Positions 7,683-14,691 of a stretch of 14,691 nucleotides of DNA are shown one piece after another. The notes under the pieces are model-generated. The model made no database searches. It saw nothing but the letters and a program-made list of their open reading frames with translations, and was not told the origin of the DNA. The position numbers were made by a program, and so were the translations under genes. The stretch lies in the NCBI GenBank assembly GCA_964388035.1, contig CAYLZE010000119.1:1-14691 (forward strand). Reading direction: 5' to 3'. The DNA comes from an uncultured archaeon. GTDB taxonomy: Archaea > Asgardarchaeota > Lokiarchaeia > Sigyniarchaeales > SOKP01. Within the stretch, counting starts at the first letter, position 1, and each line of letters begins with the position of its first letter.

Positions 7683-7774
7683 TTTTTTATCTCCTAAATA
7701 GCTTTTCTAAAACAGTATTCAACCTTCATTTAATATTTTTAAACATGATTGTTATGACTTATAAAATTTCCAAA
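7518..7774. repeat. Diverged direct repeat copy 2, partner 2-258
   Basis: Ungapped alignment at offset 7516. Confidence 0.9.
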
Positions 7775-7876
7775 AAAAAAGTCCTTTTAAAAACTTAATA
7801 TAAATTTTTGCGAAAAAAAAATTCGATTGGTTGATATAAAATTATCAAAGAAAAAAATTCAATAATTCCAGCCTAG

Positions 7877-7956
7877 TGCTTCAAAATTATTAGTTGAAGA
7901 GTGAAGAAGGTTGTGGAAGTAAATTAAGCTTGTTCTCTCATTTATTTTTTATAAAC
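7877..7956. repeat. 80-bp direct repeat copy B, overlapping the hisI stop codon
   Basis: See 7013-7092. Confidence 0.85.
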
Positions 7957-8379
7957 CTCGTTGGGATCAAATTTTTTTTCTGCAAAAGTTATCCGATTAC
8001 CTTCTTTGAATTCGCTATAAAAGCAAGAATAATATCCCTCATGGCAAGCAGCCCCAACTTGTTGTACTTTGAATAGAATAGTATCTGCATCGCAATCTGT
8101 TAACACTTTTTCTATTTTTTGCACGTGCCCCGAAGTCTCTCCTTTTTTCCACAGGGATTTTCGGGATCGCGAATAATAATGAGCATAACCTGTTTCCAAG
8201 GACTTTTTTAAGGCTTCCTTATTTGCAAAGGCTAGCATTAAAACTTCGTCCGTTTCATGATCTTGGGTAATGATAGGTATTAAATTACCTTCTAATTTTG
8301 AAAAATCGATTTGGGCAAGTATTGCTTCAATTTGTTGTTCCGTATATTTAATCATAATATAGTAAATTTTTTTGACCAT
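7942..8379 (-). CDS. hisI: Phosphoribosyl-AMP cyclohydrolase; true start may be ATG 8355
   Basis: Motifs [32 protein letters not shown] and [12 protein letters not shown]. Confidence 0.97.
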   Translation of the reverse strand: MVKKIYYIMIKYTEQQIEAILAQIDFSKLEGNLIPIITQDHETDEVLMLAFANKEALKKSLETGYAHYYSRSRKSLWKKGETSGHVQKIEKVLTDCDADTILFKVQQVGAACHEGYYSCFYSEFKEGNRITFAEKKFDPNEVYKK

Positions 8380-8416
8380 ATTTAATTTATTAATTAAAAC
8401 TTAATGGATATTTATC
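8356..8416. promoter_or_regulatory. Putative compact bidirectional promoter between hisI and trpS
   Basis: Divergent genes only 37-61 bp apart. Nearly pure AT core with the inverted repeat tttaatt-tatt-aattaaa (8381-8398). Confidence 0.4.
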
Positions 8417-9523
8417 ATGGCAGATGATTTTAAATTAGATCCGTGGAGTTCCGATAATATTCTCGAAGAAGAGTATAGTCGCTTGATTAAAGAGTTCGGA
8501 ATTGAAGAACTCTCCGACATTTTAAGAGAGAAATTTAAAAATAATCGATTCATTCGCAGAAAAATTATTTTCGGACATCGCGCCTTAGACGATATTTATA
8601 AAGCAATAGAAAAGGGTAAAAATTGGGCGGTCATGAGCGGAATTAAACCATCAGGTCCCTATCATTTAGGTACAATGACTACCGCTTTAGAAATCATAGA
8701 ATTCCAAAAAATGGGTGGAAAAGCTTATTATTGCATCGCGGATATTGAATCATGGGAAGATAATGGCATCACATATGAAGAAGCGGAAGAAACTGCTATT
8801 GATAATGTTGCTGATATATTAGCTCTTGGCCTGGATCCCTCTCCAAAAAAGTCTTATATTTGGAGACAATCCCAAGAAGACGCGGTTAAGAATGCATGCT
8901 TTAAAGTAAGTCGATTGGTCACCCAGAACATGCTGAATGCGATTTATGGTGAAAAGACGTTCGGCTTATATTTAGCTGCTTTAATCCAAGTGGGAGATAT
9001 TCTTTTACCCCAAATCTTAGAAGGTGCTCAACCGACAGTAGTTCCGGTTGGAATCGACCAGGACCCTCACGTTCGGTTAACACGGGATTTAACTCGGAGA
9101 TATTATGCAGAAGAGAAATTTTTCCTTCCGGGTTCAACCTATCATTACTTACTCCCGGGATTAGATGGTTCTGACAAGATGAGTAAAAGAAATCCAAATA
9201 GTTGTTTTTCATTTGATGAAGATCCAAAAGTTATCGAAAAGAAAATCAAGGGAGCTCTCACGGGAGGGCGTAGAAACAAGAAAGAGCAGCAAGAGTTAGG
9301 GGGAGAACCACAAAAATGCATGATCTACAAGATCTTGATGTATCACTTTGAGGAAAGCGATGAAAAATTGAATAAGGATTTCATTGATTGCGTGAATGGA
9401 GAATTAATGTGTGGTACACACAAAAAAGAATGCGTGGAAAAAGTCTTGAAGTTTGTTAGGGAGCATCAAGAGAAAAAAGAAAAGTTCATCGATATGGCCC
9501 GAGAATTACTTCGTTTGGATTAA
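8417..9523 (+). CDS. trpS: Tryptophanyl-tRNA synthetase (archaeal type)
   Basis: LDPW, RRKIIFGHR, GIKPSGPYHLG (HIGH-like), VPVGIDQDPH, KMSK, ALTGGR, and a C-terminal Cys cluster. Confidence 0.96.
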   Translation: MADDFKLDPWSSDNILEEEYSRLIKEFGIEELSDILREKFKNNRFIRRKIIFGHRALDDIYKAIEKGKNWAVMSGIKPSGPYHLGTMTTALEIIEFQKMGGKAYYCIADIESWEDNGITYEEAEETAIDNVADILALGLDPSPKKSYIWRQSQEDAVKNACFKVSRLVTQNMLNAIYGEKTFGLYLAALIQVGDILLPQILEGAQPTVVPVGIDQDPHVRLTRDLTRRYYAEEKFFLPGSTYHYLLPGLDGSDKMSKRNPNSCFSFDEDPKVIEKKIKGALTGGRRNKKEQQELGGEPQKCMIYKILMYHFEESDEKLNKDFIDCVNGELMCGTHKKECVEKVLKFVREHQEKKEKFIDMARELLRLD

Positions 9524-9623
9524 ATTTTAGGCTTTCTTTGAATATCAAGTTAAAGTAAAATTTATAATAAGGAACTTTTTTCTTTAATTTTTCAAAATAT
9601 GTAATAATTAGTTAGTATAAGTT

Positions 9624-10574
9624 TCAGGGCAATAGGCCATTTAAGACTTTCAAGCACTGATCGATTAGATCTGGCAAATTATCCAAGATTCTCTCTTTCG
9701 ATTTCTCTTTCAAGACTAAAGATAGGAAAAACTTTTGATCCTTACATTTCACTTGGTGAAGATATGAAATAAGATTGTTTTGTTCATTAACGAAATTATA
9801 ATAATTCATGTAGGATTCTTCTTCTATCCTTCTCAAAATAAAAAGATGGTCTTTTATAGTACTCAAGAGTTCCAAGTAATTTTTAGGATTTAACCCTGCA
9901 TCGTAAAACTCACTGATAATAATCCCTCTTTCATCGAATAATACTAAGGAGGTGCAATCAAAATCGAGTAAAAATTTCTTGATCAATACAGATAATTCTA
10001 AAAAGTTATTATTGAAAGTTGAAAGTCCGTAAGAGATTAATTGGACAATAGAAATGATATCATAAATGGAAGTTTGTTGAAATACTAAAGAAAAGGAGGA
10101 AGCATGTTTTTCTTTAATCAGATCGGTTAATTTGTAAACATCTTGATTAATTTCCTCATATTTTCTAACTGTTGGATCATACTTATGGAAAGTCACGATT
10201 ATAGGAACTTTCATTTTTCTTTCCGAAAAATATGATAAGATCATGTCCAAATATTCTAAAGAAGAGGAAAATTTCTCTCTATCTTGAATATCAATCACGT
10301 ACACTAATAAATCCGTTTCTCCGAAAAATATGTCTTTATTAGAAGTATATAAGTTGCGATAAATCGATTGCCCTCCCATATCCCAAAAGCTCGCTAAATA
10401 CCCCAAAAAAATGGTGCGAGAATATTGAACCTTGATGGTGGGTTTTAATTCTTCCACTTCTTTTTCAAAATCAAATTTTTTATCTAATGCCGTTAAAATG
10501 GAAGTTTTTCCGGCATTATCAAGACCAGAGATCATTACTTTCTTAGCAACAAGATTTTTATGTAAAATATTCAT
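9624..10574 (-). CDS. Small Arf/Rag-like GTPase with C-terminal roadblock-like domain
   Basis: G1 GLDNAGKT, G2 KPT, G3 WDMGGQ, G4 HKYD, G5 TSI. The C-terminal SLVLFDERGIIISE...LSLVL is roadblock-like. ATG 10574 (preceded by AAGGA) is preferred over the track start at 10643. Confidence 0.88.
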   Translation of the reverse strand: MNILHKNLVAKKVMISGLDNAGKTSILTALDKKFDFEKEVEELKPTIKVQYSRTIFLGYLASFWDMGGQSIYRNLYTSNKDIFFGETDLLVYVIDIQDREKFSSSLEYLDMILSYFSERKMKVPIIVTFHKYDPTVRKYEEINQDVYKLTDLIKEKHASSFSLVFQQTSIYDIISIVQLISYGLSTFNNNFLELSVLIKKFLLDFDCTSLVLFDERGIIISEFYDAGLNPKNYLELLSTIKDHLFILRRIEEESYMNYYNFVNEQNNLISYLHQVKCKDQKFFLSLVLKEKSKERILDNLPDLIDQCLKVLNGLLP

Positions 10575-10778
10575 TCCTTTTGTATCCAATCTGTAGTAAT
10601 TTTCTGATATATAGTGGTAATTATATTGTTTCATAAAACTCAAAAAAAAACTTATTTTTAACCTTTTAGGTTCAAAAAAGTCCCTAAGATTTTCAATTAA
10701 ATTTTCTCCAATTTTTTACTAGTTTCTAACTCATGAAGAACTGCCCCATAACTATCTGGAGATTACAATGTTATCTAC

Positions 10779-11051
10779 ATGACATTCGCGTTTAATAACG
10801 TTTCCTTCGATTTATTTAACAATAACTATCCCCATAAAGAAGGATTAGCATTGATTGATAAACACGATAAGTTTCTACAAAATTTAAGCTATCAAATTAG
10901 TTCAAAAGAAGACTTTTTCGGAAAGATAGAAGATTATAAAGCAAAATTAAATGATTGTATTTTAATGATTGAAGAGAAATTGAAGTCGACCGTTTATAAA
11001 GATTTGTATCGGGAAGTTTTAAACGAATTAATTTCTCGATTTAAAAAATAA
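10779..11051 (+). CDS. Hypothetical helical protein, possibly a 3' gene fragment
   Basis: 90-aa ORF with plausible composition in otherwise empty space. No recognised motif. The frame stays open upstream to a stop at 10749. Confidence 0.45.
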   Translation: MTFAFNNVSFDLFNNNYPHKEGLALIDKHDKFLQNLSYQISSKEDFFGKIEDYKAKLNDCILMIEEKLKSTVYKDLYREVLNELISRFKK

Positions 11052-11187
11052 ATGTCATATCTTTTTTTTCCTATTTTTTCACCTTCATTATTTTAAAAAT
11101 CTCGATGGTGTGAGGTAAAAACAAAACGAAAAAAGAATTAATTCATGAATTGTTCTGCAAAATAGAAAGCTAAACGTATTTGATGCT

Positions 11188-11616
11188 TTATTCACCTATA
11201 ACGGTACAAAAAATTGATCTTGTACGCGCTTTTTCATCACATTCACAAAAAATTATTTGTTCCCAAGTTCCCAATTGAAGCCGTCCTGCTTGAAAGGGAA
11301 ACGATTGAGAGGTCTTGATAAGAAAGCTCCGTAAGTGTCCTGCTCCATTATGATCACCCCAAGTATTATGGTGACGATAATTCTTATCATATGGGATAAT
11401 ACTTTCCAAGAATTCTTCTATATCGCTTTTTACAAGACCGGGCTCGTATTCCGTCGTTGAAATAGCACCCGTCGACCCAGCGACATGCACATTTACGATT
11501 CCATTTTTAAAATTACTTTCCCTTATAATTTCTTGGACTTGAGAGGTAATGTCTATTACATCGCAGTACGGTTTTGTTCTGATTTGAAATGATTTTTGAA
11601 ACACGGTCATTTTCAA
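11188..11616 (-). CDS. yjbQ: YjbQ/UPF0047 family protein
   Basis: DITSQV, GIVNVHVAGSTGAISTTEYEPGL, YRHH..WGDHNGAGHLRS and LQLGTWEQI motifs. Confidence 0.92.
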   Translation of the reverse strand: MKMTVFQKSFQIRTKPYCDVIDITSQVQEIIRESNFKNGIVNVHVAGSTGAISTTEYEPGLVKSDIEEFLESIIPYDKNYRHHNTWGDHNGAGHLRSFLIKTSQSFPFQAGRLQLGTWEQIIFCECDEKARTRSIFCTVIGE

Positions 11617-11758
11617 TACACTTCTAATTTTTTAGAAAGAGATCGATTTTTCCAATTATTTTTCGATATTTTAAAAAATTTAATAAACATGCATCTTTAA
11701 TTTAGATAATGTTTTGAAGTTTTAGTCTTATTTTTTAACAATACATGTTTTCGCAAAT

Positions 11759-12184
11759 ATGAATGAAAAGTTGAAACAATTTTATCAAAAGATCCACGAT
11801 CCGAAGAATAATATTCCAAATTATATCTCCATAATCATTCGCGAACCTAAAAAAGAGCTTATAGATTTTAAGATAAAAAAGGAACCGAGCAATATTTTAA
11901 AATTAATTGCTCATGATTCTGACCAGAAGGGCTGGTATCCTCATTCAGTGCATATTCCGCTGAAAAACTTAGGTTTGGATTATAGTGCCAAAAAAAAAAA
12001 TATTTTGAACCTTCTTTCGGAACCTTCCTTAATTACAAGCGATAAAGCGACAAAAGAATATGTCGAGGATTTATTGAGAAAATATATTGAGATTTTACCC
12101 GAAAAGAAAAAACACTTTTTCCGAACCAAACGCTTCAAGAAAAAGAAGGACATGCAAATGGGCATGAAAATGAAAAGTTTCTAG
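11759..12184 (+). CDS. Hypothetical basic protein
   Basis: 141-aa ORF filling the gap between yjbQ and the convergent tRNA-binding gene. Lys-rich C-terminus. No recognised family. Confidence 0.75.
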   Translation: MNEKLKQFYQKIHDPKNNIPNYISIIIREPKKELIDFKIKKEPSNILKLIAHDSDQKGWYPHSVHIPLKNLGLDYSAKKKNILNLLSEPSLITSDKATKEYVEDLLRKYIEILPEKKKHFFRTKRFKKKKDMQMGMKMKSF

Positions 12185-12200
12185 CGGAGCAGAGTGCACT

Positions 12201-12539
12201 TCAGCGGATCCTTGTTCCTGGTGGAATTTCTTTATTCTCCTTATCCTCCACCTTTAATAAAAACGGCTCTCCTTGCACATCTGCAGCAAGTAACATGCCT
12301 TGACTTTCAATTCCCATGAATATCTTAGGTTTTAAATTAACAAGAATAATTATTTTTTGCCCTATTAGCTCCTCAGGACTATAAAATGGTGCTATTCCAC
12401 TTACAATTTGTCGGAAATCTTTTTCACCGCAATCAACCATTATTTTATAGAGATTGCGAGATCCAGGTACTTGTTCGCAACTTTTTACCAAGCATACCCG
12501 CAAATCTAACTTTTTAAATTCTTCGGGATCGATTATCAT
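12201..12539 (-). CDS. Stand-alone OB-fold tRNA-binding protein (Trbp111/CsaA/MetRS C-terminal-like)
   Basis: EFKKLDLRV, LYKIMVDCG, RQIVSGIA, NLKP...GIESQGMLLA and PPGTRIR. Starts 1 nt after the trmI stop, with GAGGT upstream. Confidence 0.92.
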   Translation of the reverse strand: MIIDPEEFKKLDLRVCLVKSCEQVPGSRNLYKIMVDCGEKDFRQIVSGIAPFYSPEELIGQKIIILVNLKPKIFMGIESQGMLLAADVQGEPFLLKVEDKENKEIPPGTRIR

Positions 12540-12540
12540 T

Positions 12541-13428
12541 CTAAATACCTCTAATGGGCATATCGCTCATATCCACAAATTCAGGTGTTTTTGGCTTTCT
12601 CTCCCGATAAGGATTTTCTTGGACATCCTTCACCTTTCTTCCAAAAGTAATATAGCCTGTATGCCCAATCATGCGTGTCTCTGGTCTCGTGGCGTTTCTT
12701 CTCACTTGCATGTGTCGTTCTATCAATTCAACGGTCATGATTTCAGTAAATTCATTTTCCTTCAAGGAAAAAGTATTTTTTTTCACTTGTTCTATAGTTG
12801 GTGAGAAACAGGCGATAGTGCCGCTGAGTTTTAAGTAACTCTTTACTTTTGGAATAGCTTCCCAAGGAGTAGGCATGTCCAGTACGATTGAATCCATATT
12901 TTCATGTTCCAGGTCATCCTCCAGAAGATCTCCTCTTTGAAGACTTACGAAATCACTCAGACCTGCTTTCAAAATGTTCTTTTTTGCTCGTGATAATGAT
13001 TTATCTCTCACGTCATAGGAATACACGTGTCCATTTGGGCGAATGTAATTTGCCAATATGCATGTTAACGCTCCAGAACCGCATCCTGCTTCAATTACCA
13101 TGCTTCCGGGTCCAATACCGGTATATAATAGTATAATTCCGGCATCTTTCGGGTAGATAATTTGAGTTTTTCTCGCCATATATAACATGAAATCAGAAGG
13201 TAATGGTCTTAAGACGAAAAATTTGTATCCTTGAGTCTCCAAGGGTTTTGAAAAAATACAAGATCCAAAAGGTACTTTATCTATGAGATCATCAAATTCA
13301 ATGATACCAAGATGCGTGTGAAATGATTCTCCTCCTTTAGCTTGTACGAGCCATTTCTTACGATCATCTAAAACTAAAAAGATTAAATCATTCTCTCGTA
13401 TCAAAGACGTTTTATTCATAATTGACAT
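12541..13428 (-). CDS. trmI: tRNA (adenine-N1, m1A58/57) methyltransferase
   Basis: FHTHLG, RKTQIIYPKD, VIEAGCGSGALT, LDMPTPWE, FSPTIEQV and RPETRMIGHTGYI. Confidence 0.95.
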   Translation of the reverse strand: MSIMNKTSLIRENDLIFLVLDDRKKWLVQAKGGESFHTHLGIIEFDDLIDKVPFGSCIFSKPLETQGYKFFVLRPLPSDFMLYMARKTQIIYPKDAGIILLYTGIGPGSMVIEAGCGSGALTCILANYIRPNGHVYSYDVRDKSLSRAKKNILKAGLSDFVSLQRGDLLEDDLEHENMDSIVLDMPTPWEAIPKVKSYLKLSGTIACFSPTIEQVKKNTFSLKENEFTEIMTVELIERHMQVRRNATRPETRMIGHTGYITFGRKVKDVQENPYRERKPKTPEFVDMSDMPIRGI

Positions 13429-13575
13429 TTATTTGGAGTAAATGAGCAATTTTTGATTAATCTTATTAATTTTGCTTAATTTGGGTTAATTGATCTTAAA
13501 GTTATTATAAAAAGATATAAAAAAAATAAAAAACTTAATGCAATTAAATTTACTTTTATTTTTTAGGATAAATCT

Positions 13576-14493
13576 ATGAGCAAGGAAAAAACCGTTAGTA
13601 AACATAGTCAATCCCCTTCTTATAGAGATTTACAAACTAAAATTGAAACTTCTCGCTCAAAAAGGGATAATTTAAATAAGAAAACTAAGGACTATATCAA
13701 TCGACTTCAAGAAATTGAAAATCAAATTAATGAATCCTTACGAATCGCCAAAGACGTTTATAAAAAGAAAAGAGACTACTGGAATGAAAAAGTTGGGAAA
13801 TTAAAGAACAAGAAGATTGAATACAAAACCTTAATGGACCAATTATTCGAAGAAAAGCAAAAATTACAAAAACAAAAAGGCGATCAAAATTCCAAAAATC
13901 GCTTTCTTACCATCAAACAAATAGAACGAAAAATTGAAAATTTTGAGCGCCAAATTGAGACCGAAAATTTAGATATTGCGGAAGAAAACTCAATCATAGA
14001 TAAAATCAAGGATTTAGCAGGGCAAAAGCAAGAGATCTTGAGCGAACAACTGAATGATGATTTATATAAGATTGAAAGAAAGCTTGAGATTGTCAAGATA
14101 AATCTTAATAAAATCTATGAACAATTGAACAAGTGGTCAAATAAATCGCAAGAAAATCATAATAAAATGCATGAACTTTATGATATCGTTAATAATCTCA
14201 AGAAAGAGAAAAAGAAAATCGAAGAAGAATTAATAGAGAATAAAAAATTGGCTGATCAATATCATGAACAATTTTTATCGCTCATGAATCAAATGAAAAA
14301 AAACTACAAGGGACAGCGGTTTAAACGTACCCAAGATAAAAAACGACAATTTAAACGAGACAGACAAAAAAATATGAAGAAAGAGATAGAGAAGATCAAG
14401 CAAGATAAATTAGCAGAAGCTTTAGAAAAACAAAAAGCGGGAAAAAAGCTTAATATTTATGAAGTTCGGCTTATTTTAGAAAAATCAAAATAG
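13576..14493 (+). CDS. Archaeal coiled-coil protein (COG1340-like)
   Basis: Heptad-rich 305 aa with RSKRDNLN, KKRDYWNEKV, IE..E..IET..L....E, SQENHNKM, ADQYHEQF and terminal KAGKKLN..E..L, all typical of this family. Confidence 0.8.
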   Translation: MSKEKTVSKHSQSPSYRDLQTKIETSRSKRDNLNKKTKDYINRLQEIENQINESLRIAKDVYKKKRDYWNEKVGKLKNKKIEYKTLMDQLFEEKQKLQKQKGDQNSKNRFLTIKQIERKIENFERQIETENLDIAEENSIIDKIKDLAGQKQEILSEQLNDDLYKIERKLEIVKINLNKIYEQLNKWSNKSQENHNKMHELYDIVNNLKKEKKKIEEELIENKKLADQYHEQFLSLMNQMKKNYKGQRFKRTQDKKRQFKRDRQKNMKKEIEKIKQDKLAEALEKQKAGKKLNIYEVRLILEKSK

Positions 14494-14691
14494 TATATTT
14501 CTAAGAATATTATTTAAAAAACCTTTATATTAAGGGAGATTCCACTTGATGAATCGGACTTTCATCAGAACATTTAAAGATGTATAATCTTTCCTCTTTT
14601 AACCTTCAAAATTCATGTGATAAGTAGAATTCAAAAAGGAAAGAGTTCTTTTTATAACTTGTGGATTTATCCCCCATTAATTATTATGATT

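Noticed and set aside
7894-14096. Short overlapping ORFs 7894-8076, 8919-9227, 11980-12165, 12454-12804, 12888-13136 and 13884-14096
   Set aside because: Antisense shadows of well-supported genes.
14542-14568. Hammerhead ribozyme or C/D-box sRNA (TGATGA on both strands)
   Set aside because: No GAAA core after a stem II and no suitably placed CTGA D-box. The motif is explained by the hairpin.
1-14691. CRISPR array, tRNA/rRNA, integron attC sites, transposase or integrase genes
   Set aside because: No regularly spaced short repeats, cloverleaf, recurring palindromic cassette site or recombinase ORF was seen.

Overview
AT-rich archaeal DNA, most likely from an Asgard archaeon (Lokiarchaeia-like). 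This is inferred from a longin-domain gene, an Arf/Rag-like GTPase fused to a roadblock-like domain, an archaeal-type TrpRS and a COG1340 coiled-coil protein. The right half (~7940-14691) is ordinary core genome: hisI, trpS, small GTPase, yjbQ, a tRNA-binding protein, trmI and the coiled-coil protein. The left half (1-7956), downstream of hisI, is a heavily reworked accessory region. It holds a 2482-bp tandem duplication (longin gene, gene scraps, PhlG-like hydrolase) with an apparently identical 2.1-kb core and diverged edges. It also holds one intact msrB plus two diverged 3'-only msrB remnants, a duplicated hisI 3' end (80-bp direct repeat), and two copies of a ~56-aa charged microprotein missing from the ORF track. 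A YjhP-like methyltransferase and a TIGR00341/DUF389-like pseudogene complete the region. The recurring pattern is intact anchor gene, then cargo, then a diverged 3' fragment of the same anchor gene. This suggests repeated additive acquisition of DNA from related lineages, with no integrase or transposase gene in the window. All alignments were done by eye, and family calls come from motif recognition, not database searches.
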